Assembly (NCBI GenBank): GCA_964588515.1
Contig: CAZPPU010000011.1
Span: 1 to 13,155, forward strand
Origin: an uncultured Nitrospirota bacterium
Lineage (GTDB): Bacteria; Nitrospirota; Thermodesulfovibrionia; Thermodesulfovibrionales; JdFR-86
Length of the DNA: 13,155 nt
Direction of reading: 5' to 3'
The position numbers and the translations under genes were made by a program. The notes under the pieces are model-generated. The model had not been told where the DNA came from. It did no database searches and saw nothing but the letters and a program-made list of their open reading frames with translations. Below are positions 1-7,459 of the stretch, in pieces. Numbering within the stretch: the stretch's first letter is position 1; each line of letters opens with the position of its first letter.

Positions 1-129
1 TTTGGTATATCCTTTAGATACCCGAGGTGGAAGCACAATAAGAACAGCAATAAGTAACGGAGCAATTGCACAGAGGAAGAACCACGATACCGGCCCCCGC
101 CCTTTTCTTATAGCTATAATGCTCCCCAT
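1..129 (-). CDS. Possible small membrane protein, partial, running off the window start. ATG on the minus strand at 129..127; an alternative TTG start lies at 168..166.
   Basis: The minus-strand frame is open from 168 to position 1 with no stop. It translates as ...YVALLAIAGIMGSIIAIRKGRGPVSWFFLCAIAPLLIAVLIVLPPRVSKGYTK, i.e. two hydrophobic stretches separated by a positive loop (positive-inside pattern), directly downstream of the prohibitin gene. There is no recognisable family signature. The competing plus-strand ORF 2..190 is its complement and has no recognisable features. Confidence 0.25.
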   Translation of the reverse strand, partial: MGSIIAIRKGRGPVSWFFLCAIAPLLIAVLIVLPPRVSKGYTK

Positions 130-167
130 AATACCTGCAATAGCAAGCAGGGCAACATATCTAAACA

Positions 168-187
168 ATGGAGCGCTCCATTTTTTA
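168..187. terminator. Candidate intrinsic terminator, possibly bidirectional: the perfect 14-nt palindrome ATGGAGCGCTCCAT (168-181) followed by T6 (182-187) on the plus strand.
   Basis: The palindrome is read directly from the sequence. A T-run follows it on the plus strand and an A-run precedes it, with TGTTT after it on the minus strand. It lies 18 nt past the prohibitin stop on the minus strand. The stem is only ~5 bp, so this is a weak call. Confidence 0.25.
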
Positions 188-198
188 TGATTTGTCGT

Positions 199-1056
199 TT
201 ATTTTTTCTGTATCTCGCCTACGCCAATAAACGGCACTGCGCCGCCACCTGTAACCTGCGGGAGGATTCCGTTCCATTTCTCTATAGCCTTGAGATTAGC
301 CTCTACTTTTCTCAGCTCTATAAGCTCTGATGAAATATTTGCCCTCTGTAGCCTCAATGACTCCGCCTCTGCCCTTGCCGATGTAATCTTCTGCTCCGCC
401 TCAATCTTTATCCTATCCAGGTCTCTCTTTGACTTTAGTGCAAGCTGTTCTGCTGTCTGCTTTGCCTCGATAGCCTCCGTAAATACCCGTGAAAAGCTGA
501 ATGAGACAATAGAAAACGCATCAACTGCTATATTATACGGCAGGAGTCTTTCGGCAAGGGCTGCTCTCATCGCCTCGCTTACTAACGGCCTCTTTGTTAT
601 AAGTTCTTCTGCCGAATACTTGGCGGACACGGCTTTCATTACTTCTTGTATTGCAGGGTCTATCACACGCTCCTTGAAGTGTATCCCGAGGGTCTGATAG
701 ACAATATGCGCCTTATCCGGGATGATATGATAGTTAAGCGCAACCGATGAAGTCACATCCTGAAGGTCAGACGAGGCGGATGCGGCATCGGTCATTGCCT
801 TCTGCACCTTGACATCCATTATGGCAACCTTCTGCATTAAAGGCACCCTGAAATGCAGTCCTTCATTCAACACCAGAGGTTGAACAGCGCCAAAATTAAG
901 GACAATCCCTCTTTCACCTGCACCAACCTGAACCCATGGGCTAAAAAACAGGAAAACCACCAGAATTGCTCCAATAATCAGCGCTACCTTCATAGAGCCT
1001 TTCTTCATCGCAGACCGCATTGCATCCTTTGCCCTATAAATATCTTGCTCATCCAT
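199..1056 (-). CDS. SPFH/band-7 family membrane protein (prohibitin-like; HflC/HflK superfamily).
   Basis: 285-aa ORF. It has an N-terminal transmembrane helix (KVALIIGAILVVFLFF) and then a typical SPFH core (GERGIVLNFGAVQPLVLNEGLHFRVPLMQKVAIMDVKVQ...). The C-terminal half is a coiled-coil rich in A/E/K/R, as seen in prohibitins. A Shine-Dalgarno sequence GGGGGAAG sits ~7 nt upstream of the ATG on the minus strand. Confidence 0.85.
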   Translation of the reverse strand: MDEQDIYRAKDAMRSAMKKGSMKVALIIGAILVVFLFFSPWVQVGAGERGIVLNFGAVQPLVLNEGLHFRVPLMQKVAIMDVKVQKAMTDAASASSDLQDVTSSVALNYHIIPDKAHIVYQTLGIHFKERVIDPAIQEVMKAVSAKYSAEELITKRPLVSEAMRAALAERLLPYNIAVDAFSIVSFSFSRVFTEAIEAKQTAEQLALKSKRDLDRIKIEAEQKITSARAEAESLRLQRANISSELIELRKVEANLKAIEKWNGILPQVTGGGAVPFIGVGEIQKK

Positions 1057-1079
1057 TATGCTTCCCCCTTTTGCGATAA

Positions 1080-1115
1080 TGTTTGATATATATTAACACA
1101 TGTTGCCCCTCCACT
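1080..1115 (-). promoter_or_regulatory. AT-rich candidate promoter region for the prohibitin gene.
   Basis: On the minus strand, ...CATGTGTTAATATATATCAAACATTATCGC lies 20-50 nt upstream of the prohibitin RBS and contains TGn/TAATAT-like and TATATA -10 candidates. No clean -35 element was found. Judged by eye only. Confidence 0.2.
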
Positions 1116-1321
1116 GACATTGTCCCTTCCTTTCGTTGAAGTAGGAAGGACTCCGGTTGCCTTATCTTAAGCCGCCTCCTCCTTCCTGTCAAGGGGAAAT
1201 TCCCCACAAGTTCCCCCATTTTTGGGGTTCTTTGTCCGTCATGCCCGAAGCCTGCCCTCGAAGTTTGCAGTCGGGGGTCCTTAGTCGGGCATCCATGTAA
1301 CGCCCCGATCGAAGAAAATGG

Positions 1322-1341
1322 ATTCCCGCCTCCGCGGGAAT
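1322..1341. repeat. Palindromic repeat ATTCCC-GCCTCCGC-GGGAAT, left copy. The wider shared repeat GAAAATGGATTCCCGCCTCCGCGGGAATGACG spans 1314-1345.
   Basis: ATTCCCGC and GCGGGAAT are exact reverse complements, giving an 8-bp stem with a 4-nt loop. Of the 32 positions, 31 match the second copy at 2057-2088. Confidence 0.8.
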
Positions 1342-1449
1342 GACGCAGGGTTAAAAATAATTCCGAAAAGTAACCGGGGTATGGCGCAGAGCCCCCTTAT
1401 GATCCGCCGTCTTCCTCCCATCATTTTAAGGCAGAGGGTGCAGAAGTCC

Positions 1450-1689
1450 TTAGAGGTTCAACCTGATTCTTATAAAGTCCTCTCCGCTTAACCCCGCTCC
1501 TTCGAGGATTCTTCTGAATGTCTTGGGCCTGATGATTTCTCCCGCGTGATAAGAAACAATCGTTTGTTTTCCTGTAAGGGGATGCCTCCATTTCTGATGA
1601 CTTCCGGACTGGCCCGCTTTTTCAAATCCGAGGGATTTTAAAACCCTTATGATTTCATCGGCGGTTACGCGGGGCTGTCTTTGTCCCAT
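1450..1689 (-). CDS. hicA: HicA-family type II toxin (mRNA interferase).
   Basis: 79 aa. It shows the HicA-like pattern ...IIRVLKSLGFEKAGQSGSHQKWRHPLTGKQTIVSYHAGEIIRPKTFRRILEGAGLS (dsRBD-like fold with the conserved GSH...H motif). Its start overlaps the stop of the upstream hicB in an ATGA (position 1689). Confidence 0.85.
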   Translation of the reverse strand: MGQRQPRVTADEIIRVLKSLGFEKAGQSGSHQKWRHPLTGKQTIVSYHAGEIIRPKTFRRILEGAGLSGEDFIRIRLNL

Positions 1690-1883
1690 CAGACAGCGAC
1701 CTCAAAAACCTTTGCATCCTTTGAGAGTCCTTCTTTTGTGGGTCTCAAGTAGAGTTCAATGGCTTCCACGATGTTTTTGCGGGCTTCTTCTTCGGTCTTT
1801 CCGTATGTCACACAGCCGGGCAATTCCGGGCAGTAGGCAACAAAGACATCCTCATCAGGTTCGATTACCACTCTGATTTTCAT
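1689..1883 (-). CDS. hicB: HicB-family antitoxin (UPF0150-type), short form without an obvious DNA-binding domain.
   Basis: 64 aa, MKIRVVIEPDEDVFVAYCPELPGCVTYGKTEEEARKNIVEAIELYL..., the classic HicB N-terminal signature. A strong RBS (AAGGGGGTG) sits ~5 nt before the ATG. It is translationally coupled to hicA through the ATGA overlap. Confidence 0.85.
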   Translation of the reverse strand: MKIRVVIEPDEDVFVAYCPELPGCVTYGKTEEEARKNIVEAIELYLRPTKEGLSKDAKVFEVAV

Positions 1884-2010
1884 AATTCACCCCCTTTTTT
1901 CTTCCTGCATGTCCTAATTCTAACACAAACGGGGGCGCTCTTAAGTTTTCCCTGAAAGCCCCCTACGACCCTCGAAAGCACGAGACCCCCTGAAAAACTC
2001 TCTTTTCGTC

Positions 2011-2033
2011 ATTCTCCGGCTTGACCGGAGAAT
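2011..2033. repeat. Palindrome ATTCTCCGG-CTTGA-CCGGAGAAT preceded by CGTC: a variant copy of the ATTCCC...GGGAAT element in the opposite orientation.
   Basis: 9-bp perfect inverted repeat with a 5-nt loop. The flanking CGTCATTC is the reverse complement of the GAATGACG that follows the other copies, which implies a common ancestral element CGTCATTCCCGC-loop-GCGGGAATGACG. Confidence 0.7.
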
Positions 2034-2064
2034 CCAAGTTTTCTTTAAAACCAAGAGAAAATGG

Positions 2065-2084
2065 ATTCCCGCCTACGCGGGAAT
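2065..2084. repeat. Palindromic repeat ATTCCC-GCCTACGC-GGGAAT, right copy. The wider shared repeat GAAAATGGATTCCCGCCTACGCGGGAATGACG spans 2057-2088.
   Basis: Direct repeat of 1314-1345 with a single mismatch in the loop. Together the two copies bracket hicBA. Confidence 0.8.
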
Positions 2085-2162
2085 GACGAGCAAAAGTCCA
2101 TCCCGGATTCGGGGGGCTCCCTGCTCCTTGAAAACCGCCCATCATATCTGTTAATTTAATCG

Positions 2163-3038
2163 ATGCGGAAGTGTTTGAAATTGGGACTTCCGAAGGGGAG
2201 TCTTCAGGAATCCACGCTCAAGCTTTTCAGGAAGGCCGGCTATCATATCTCGGTCTCCGGCAGGTCGTATTACCCCGTCTTCGACGACCCGGAGATAGAC
2301 TCCATGCTCATCAGGGCGCAGGAGATGGCCGGCTATGTGGAAAAGGGCATACTCGACTGCGGGCTTACGGGCAGGGACTGGGTGCTCGAGCAGGGTGCGG
2401 ATGTCCGCGAGGTGGCGGAGCTCCTATATGCAAAGGAAGGGCTGAACCCGGTCAGGTGGGTGGTGGCCGTGCCCGTGGACTCCAAGATAAAGACCCTCAG
2501 GGACCTCCGGGGCAAGCGCATCGCAACCGAGCTGGTGAGCTTTACGAGGCGCTACCTCAGGGACAAGGGCATCAGGGCCGATGTGGAGTTCTCATGGGGC
2601 GCAACCGAGATAAAGCCGCCTTACCTTGCCGATGCCATCGTTGAGCTTACGGAGACCGGGGCCTCCCTCAGGGCCAACAACCTCCGGATTGTGGAGACGA
2701 TACTTGAGTCCTCCACACGCTTCATCGCAAACAAAAAGGCATGGGCAAACAGGTGGAAGAGACAGAAGATAGAAAACATCGTGATGCTCCTTAAGGGCGC
2801 GCTCGCCGCCGAGGAGAAGGTCGGCCTCAAGATGAATGTGCCGGAGAAATCCCTCAAACTCATATTAGGTCTCCTTCCGGCAATGCACTCCCCAACCATA
2901 TCCACGCTCACCGATAAAGGATGGTTCGACCTCGATGTGGTCATAGACGAGCGGACCGTCAGGGACATGGTCCCCAAGCTCAAAAAGGCCGGGGCAACCG
3001 GCATAGTAGAATACCAGCTCAACAAGGTAATCCCTTAA
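2163..3038 (+). CDS. hisG: ATP phosphoribosyltransferase, long form (catalytic domains plus C-terminal regulatory domain).
   Basis: 291 aa. N-terminus [27 protein letters not shown]... is the HisG hallmark, and [17 protein letters not shown] is the typical PRPP-binding/active-site region. Its length of ~290 aa fits the long form with the C-terminal histidine-binding domain. No strong Shine-Dalgarno sequence was seen. Confidence 0.85.
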   Translation: MRKCLKLGLPKGSLQESTLKLFRKAGYHISVSGRSYYPVFDDPEIDSMLIRAQEMAGYVEKGILDCGLTGRDWVLEQGADVREVAELLYAKEGLNPVRWVVAVPVDSKIKTLRDLRGKRIATELVSFTRRYLRDKGIRADVEFSWGATEIKPPYLADAIVELTETGASLRANNLRIVETILESSTRFIANKKAWANRWKRQKIENIVMLLKGALAAEEKVGLKMNVPEKSLKLILGLLPAMHSPTISTLTDKGWFDLDVVIDERTVRDMVPKLKKAGATGIVEYQLNKVIP

Positions 3039-3054
3039 AGGGGCGCGGAAATCC

Positions 3055-3468
3055 ATGAAATTCTACGAGACGGATGTCCCTGTGAGGTTCTACGAAGTGG
3101 ACTCTTATGGAGTCGTGTGGCACGGCCATTATGCCGGCTATCTCGAAGTCGGAAGGCTCGGGCTTTCGGAAACGCTTGGCCTCTCACTCGATGAGATGAG
3201 GCGCATGGGCGTTTACGCCCCCCTTGTCGAGATGAAGATAAAATATAAATCCTTTGCCCGTTTCGGGGATGTCCTCGTCGTAAAGACCGGCATCCTCCCG
3301 ACGGAGAAGGCATCGCTCACATTCAAATACACCATCGAGAGGAAGTCCGATGCGGCCCTGATTGCGGAGGCGGAGACAACCCATGTCCTTCTCACCCTCG
3401 ACGGCAAGTTGCTCTATCAGGCCCCGGAGGGGCTTAAAAAGAGGCTCGATGATTATTTTGCGGGTTAA
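3055..3468 (+). CDS. Hotdog-fold acyl-CoA thioesterase (4HBT / YbgC-like).
   Basis: 137 aa. VRFYEVDSYGVVWHGHYAGYLEVGR matches the 4HBT active-site region (catalytic D, followed by the HGHY segment). Its size is typical of a single hotdog domain. The start is 17 nt after the hisG stop. Confidence 0.8.
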   Translation: MKFYETDVPVRFYEVDSYGVVWHGHYAGYLEVGRLGLSETLGLSLDEMRRMGVYAPLVEMKIKYKSFARFGDVLVVKTGILPTEKASLTFKYTIERKSDAALIAEAETTHVLLTLDGKLLYQAPEGLKKRLDDYFAG

Positions 3469-3471
3469 GGC

Positions 3472-5841
3472 ATGCCGGTACTGAGGCTGGTCGGCGCCCT
3501 CAGCAGGCTCTCAAGGAGACGGCCAAGGGCGGTCGTGGCCGCAGTCGTCCTTCTCCTTGCAGTCTCCCTCGCAGTTATACTCACATCGCCGCTTGAAAGC
3601 GATGTAACGAGGCTCATCCCGGCCCATGCGGAAAAGACATCCCTTTATCTCAGCCTGATGGAGACATTCGGGGGGATGGAAAAGCTCTACCTCGTTTTTT
3701 CCGCAGACGACATCACGGCCCATATCCCCGAGGTTGAAAAGATAGGCGCGGAACTTTCCTCTTCGGAATTGGTGAAGGATGTGGAGTGGAAAATCTCGCC
3801 TGAAATGCAGAGGTTCATAAGGGAGACCTTTCTTAAGAGGGCGCCCCTCCTTTTAAACAGAGGCGAGATGGAAGACTTCCTCGGAAAACTCTCTGCCCCC
3901 GGCATAGAGCGGGAGCTTCAGAAGACGCAAAAGAGGCTCGCCCTGCCGGGCGGAGGGGCCCTGAGGCTCGACCCCCTGAGCCTCCATGAACTCTTCGGCA
4001 GGCACATCATGCTATCCGAGGTCTCGGTGGACATAGAATCCGGATATTTCGTCACCCCGGACAGGCGGGTGCTCATAATGATGGCGGCCCCGACGGTCTC
4101 CCCGAGGGATATAGCCTCAAACGAAAAGCTGATGAAATATGTGAGGTCGCTTATAGAGAGGCATGCAGGCGGAGGGCTCAAGGTCAGCATAACGGGAAGC
4201 CATGCGATTACATACCACGAGGCGTCCATAATGAAAAGGGAAATCGTAAAGAACATCCTTTCGTCCGCCGTTGGGGTCATGTTGGTCTTCCTTGTGTTTT
4301 TCCGGGGCCTGAGGGGGTTTCTGAATTCCATCGTTCCGGTCCTCGTATCCATAGTGCTTACCACCGGGCTCTTGACCCTGTTTTGGGGCTCCATCACCGA
4401 GGTCTCCGGCGCATTCGGCGCCCTCCTGATAGGGCTCGGCGTGGACTTAGGCATAGTCCTCTATGTGCGGTATGCGATGAGCATGGCAAGGGGCGCGGAG
4501 CGGGACATCGGCGGAAACGGCGCGGCCATGAGCATTACGGTCGGGGTCGTAACGACGGCGGCCACCTTCTACCCCATGGCCATCTCTTCCTTCGGGGGCG
4601 TCAAGGAGATAGGGCTTCTTACCGGCACCGGGATTCTGATTACATGGCTCATGCTCTTCTTGCTTTTCCCCATCCTTGCAAGGAAAGGCAAGGGAGAGCC
4701 CGTGAAGCTGAGGTTCGTAGAGCGCATCTTCGTGTTTTCGCACGAAAGACCCCTGCTCATAGCCGCGGCCGCCATACTCCTGACCGCGCTTTCGGCATAC
4801 TACATAAAAGACATCAAGGTCGAGGAAGATGTCACAACGCTCGGGGCGAAGAAAAACCCGGCAAGGGACACCCTGAAGTCCCTTTCCGAGACATATTTGA
4901 AAAAACACACACTTTACATAACCGGCACGGCGAAAGACCCTTATGATGCATCCGAAGAAAGCGCCCGGATAAAGAAGTCCCTCTCGGGAAAGCTCGATTC
5001 TTCAATCTCCATCTCGGACTTACTGCCGCCGCTTTCAAGACAAAACGAAAACATAAAGGCCCTCGCCTCCGTTGACCCGGATTCCTTCGAAAGGGCGTTC
5101 AGGCAAAAGGCAAATGCACTGGGGTTTGAGCCGGGGGCATTAGACGGATATATAAAAGGGGTAAGGGGGCTTCTTACGGGCAACCGGAAACCCATAACCA
5201 TGGAGGAGCTTGCGCCCCTAAACGATATCATAGAAAGGCTCCTGAGAAAAGAGGGCGCAGGGTACAGGTTCGTCATCACGGGAAGCCTTAAAAACGGCGC
5301 ACCGATGGAACTGCCCGGGGGGCTTCAATGCACAGGGCCGGCCTTTATAAAAAAAGAGCTCCTCGGCCTTCTTAAACACGACGCCCTGCTCATAACGCTC
5401 GTCGGGCTCGTCCTCGTCAATATCATCCTCTTCATAGACTTCAGGCGGCCGTCCTATGTGCTGGTCTCGCAGGTTCCGGTCTTATTATCCACGGTCTGGC
5501 TCTTGGGCCTGATGGGCCTCACCGGGATGGGTCTTAACTTCATGAACGCAATCGTATTCGTCATGCTCTACGGGATAGGCACGGACTACTCCATACACCT
5601 CATCCACCGGTATAAAGAGGACAGGGACATCGGGCACATTGCGGCCCAGACCGGAAATGCGGTCCTCCTTGCCGCCCTCACGACCATAGCGGGCTTCGGC
5701 TCCATGGCCGGCAGTTCCTACAGGGGGCTTTCTTCGATGGGCACGGCCACGGTCATCGGCGTGGCCGTATGTGTTATACTGTCATTGACGCTTATACCGG
5801 CCTTCTTCAGGCTTTATGAAAAAGCTCCTGACGGGAAATGA
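3472..5841 (+). CDS. MMPL / RND-superfamily exporter (COG1033-like; twelve predicted transmembrane helices and two periplasmic loops).
   Basis: 789 aa. Architecture is N-terminal TM, a ~220-aa soluble loop, a five-helix hydrophobic bundle (aa ~260-400), a second ~230-aa loop, and a second bundle (aa ~640-780). This pseudo-twofold layout is characteristic of MmpL/HpnN-type lipid exporters. Only 3 nt separate it from the thioesterase stop. Confidence 0.8.
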   Translation: MPVLRLVGALSRLSRRRPRAVVAAVVLLLAVSLAVILTSPLESDVTRLIPAHAEKTSLYLSLMETFGGMEKLYLVFSADDITAHIPEVEKIGAELSSSELVKDVEWKISPEMQRFIRETFLKRAPLLLNRGEMEDFLGKLSAPGIERELQKTQKRLALPGGGALRLDPLSLHELFGRHIMLSEVSVDIESGYFVTPDRRVLIMMAAPTVSPRDIASNEKLMKYVRSLIERHAGGGLKVSITGSHAITYHEASIMKREIVKNILSSAVGVMLVFLVFFRGLRGFLNSIVPVLVSIVLTTGLLTLFWGSITEVSGAFGALLIGLGVDLGIVLYVRYAMSMARGAERDIGGNGAAMSITVGVVTTAATFYPMAISSFGGVKEIGLLTGTGILITWLMLFLLFPILARKGKGEPVKLRFVERIFVFSHERPLLIAAAAILLTALSAYYIKDIKVEEDVTTLGAKKNPARDTLKSLSETYLKKHTLYITGTAKDPYDASEESARIKKSLSGKLDSSISISDLLPPLSRQNENIKALASVDPDSFERAFRQKANALGFEPGALDGYIKGVRGLLTGNRKPITMEELAPLNDIIERLLRKEGAGYRFVITGSLKNGAPMELPGGLQCTGPAFIKKELLGLLKHDALLITLVGLVLVNIILFIDFRRPSYVLVSQVPVLLSTVWLLGLMGLTGMGLNFMNAIVFVMLYGIGTDYSIHLIHRYKEDRDIGHIAAQTGNAVLLAALTTIAGFGSMAGSSYRGLSSMGTATVIGVAVCVILSLTLIPAFFRLYEKAPDGK

Positions 5842-7459
5842 GGCGGCCGCACAGGGCGCCTACGAGGCGGGCGTCTCCGTTGCCACGGGCTATCCGGGCA
5901 CGCCTTCCACAGAGGTCCTCGAATCCCTAATGAAATCAAGCGGGGTCTATGCGGAATGGTCCTCAAACGAAAAGACCGCGCTTGAGATGGCATCCGGAGC
6001 GTCCTTCGGCGGCAAGAGGGCGCTCGTTTCCATGAAACATGTGGGCCTCAATGCGGCCGCAGACCCCCTTATGACCCTCTCATATACCGGCGTGAGGGCC
6101 GGCCTTGTCATAGTCGTCTCGGACGACCCGGGAATGCACTCTTCACAAAACGAGCAGGACTCGAGGTTCTACGGCCTATTTGCAAAAGTCCCGGTTCTTG
6201 AGCCTTCAGACAGCGAAGAGGCCCTTCTCTTTACAAAACAGGCGTTCTCCATAAGCGAGGAGTTCGACACGCCGGTTATCGTAAGGCTCACGGCCGCGGT
6301 CTCCCATTCGGCAAGCCTCGCAGAGACGGGCGAAAGGGCAGAGCATGAGATTGCGCCATGGAAGGAGCCGGAAAAATATGTGATGCTCCCGCCTTACTGT
6401 AACGAGCGGAGGGCGGGGCTTGAGGAAAGATTAGGGAGACTGAGGGAGTTTTCCGATTCCTTCCCTCATAACAGGGCCGAGTACGGCACAGGCGAAACAG
6501 GCATCGTAACATCCGGCATCTCATACCAGTATGTGAAGGAGGCATTCCCGGAGGCCTCGGTCTTCAAGGTCTCGATGTCATACCCGATGCCGCTTGGGGC
6601 CATAAAGGAGTTCTCCAAAAGGGTAAAACGCCTCTCCGTCATAGAGGAGCTTGAGCATTACATGGAAGACGCAATAAGGGGGGGCACGGCCCCCTCCGAT
6701 TTTGGGGGCACGGCCCCCTCCGACCGGCCACGGGCCGGAGCGGCTAACGGAGCTACAGCCCCCTCGCCGGAAGAGGGCGGCGCATTTTGTGCGGGATGCC
6801 CTTACTTAGGGGTGTTTTATTGCCTCAAACGGACGGATTGCTTTGTATTCGGCGACATAGGCTGTTACACTATGGGCGCAAGGCTCTTCCCCGGGAGCAT
6901 GGACACGACGCTCTGCATGGGCGCGGGGATAAGCCAAGCCGTGGGCTTTCTCAAGGCAAGGCCCGAAGGCAAGGCCATAGCGGTCATAGGGGATTCGACA
7001 TTCTTTCATTCGGGAATCCCCGCGGTCGTAAACGCACTCCACCACAAGACGCCCCTGTCCCTGATACTCTTGGACAACGGCGTTACGGCCATGACCGGCG
7101 GGCAGTCCTATGCAGGCAAGGGAATAAACCTCGAGGGTCTCCTTCACGCCCTCGGACTCAAAAATGTCTCCGAGGTCAACCCCTACGATATAAAAAACAT
7201 AAGCGTTGCCATCCATAAAAGCCTCGATGGGGCTTTGAACTCCGCTCTGCCATCGGCTATAATTATAAGAGGCAGGTGCGCGGTAAAGGAGCGTCCCAAA
7301 AACATGGCCGTGGACCCGGCCCTGTGTAACGGGTGCATGGAATGCCTTGAGCTTAAATGCCCGGCCCTCGTAAGGGAAAACGGGGCGGTTGCCGTCCGGG
7401 CAGGATGCACCGGCTGTGGGCTTTGCGCCTCGGTATGCCGAAGAGATGCGGTTGGATAA
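5816..7459 (+). CDS. iorA: Indolepyruvate:ferredoxin oxidoreductase alpha subunit (TPP-binding, with a C-terminal 2x[4Fe-4S] ferredoxin domain).
   Basis: 547 aa. N-terminus MKKLLTGNEAAAQGAYEAGVSVATGYPGTPSTEV is the canonical IorA start. The CAGCPY...GDIGCYTMG TPP region is present, and the C-terminus carries CNGCMECLELKCP and CTGCGLCASVC ferredoxin motifs. It overlaps the MMPL stop by 26 nt. It contains an unusual low-complexity insert GGTAPSDFGGTAPSD (see findings). Confidence 0.85.
   Translation: MKKLLTGNEAAAQGAYEAGVSVATGYPGTPSTEVLESLMKSSGVYAEWSSNEKTALEMASGASFGGKRALVSMKHVGLNAAADPLMTLSYTGVRAGLVIVVSDDPGMHSSQNEQDSRFYGLFAKVPVLEPSDSEEALLFTKQAFSISEEFDTPVIVRLTAAVSHSASLAETGERAEHEIAPWKEPEKYVMLPPYCNERRAGLEERLGRLREFSDSFPHNRAEYGTGETGIVTSGISYQYVKEAFPEASVFKVSMSYPMPLGAIKEFSKRVKRLSVIEELEHYMEDAIRGGTAPSDFGGTAPSDRPRAGAANGATAPSPEEGGAFCAGCPYLGVFYCLKRTDCFVFGDIGCYTMGARLFPGSMDTTLCMGAGISQAVGFLKARPEGKAIAVIGDSTFFHSGIPAVVNALHHKTPLSLILLDNGVTAMTGGQSYAGKGINLEGLLHALGLKNVSEVNPYDIKNISVAIHKSLDGALNSALPSAIIIRGRCAVKERPKNMAVDPALCNGCMECLELKCPALVRENGAVAVRAGCTGCGLCASVCRRDAVG
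6683..6730. repeat. Tandem 24-nt direct repeat (GGCACGGCCCCCTCCGATTTTGGG then GGCACGGCCCCCTCCGACCGGCCA) inside iorA. It encodes GTAPSDFG-GTAPSD.
   Basis: Read directly: the 17-nt GGCACGGCCCCCTCCGA occurs at 6683-6699 and again at 6707-6723. The same architecture recurs at 7896-7940. Confidence 0.8.

Noticed and set aside
2-190. Plus-strand 62-aa ORF at the window start
   Set aside because: It has no recognisable motif. Its hydrophobic stretch is simply the complement of the more plausible minus-strand membrane-protein frame. It ends inside the palindrome/T-run.
290-697. 135-aa plus-strand ORF
   Set aside because: It lies wholly antisense within the well-supported prohibitin gene. Its serine/alanine-rich low-complexity translation is typical of a shadow ORF.
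1649-1876. 75-aa plus-strand ORF
   Set aside because: It is antisense to the hicB/hicA pair, and its Arg/Leu/Pro-rich translation has no features.
1884-2162. Possible tRNA, CRISPR array or integrase at the hicBA boundary
   Set aside because: No tRNA-like T-loop or acceptor features are present. There are no regularly spaced direct repeats. No recombinase ORF is in the window, and only the palindromic repeats are present.
2171-2644. 157-aa alternative frame at the start of hisG
   Set aside because: It lies out of frame inside hisG, and its Gly/Arg-rich translation is typical of a GC-rich off-frame artifact. The +1 frame gives the canonical HisG sequence.
3918-4946. Several 150-190-aa ORFs on both strands (3918-4454 minus, 4383-4946 plus, 4447-4908 minus)
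   Set aside because: All lie inside the MMPL exporter gene, whose transmembrane/periplasmic architecture is coherent. These are GC-rich shadow frames.
7389-7445. Upstream extension of the iorB ORF (MPSGQDAPAVGFAPRYAEE)
   Set aside because: This stretch overlaps the iorA ferredoxin domain in another frame. The conserved IorB N-terminus begins at the ATG at 7446, which has an RBS-like AAGAGA upstream.
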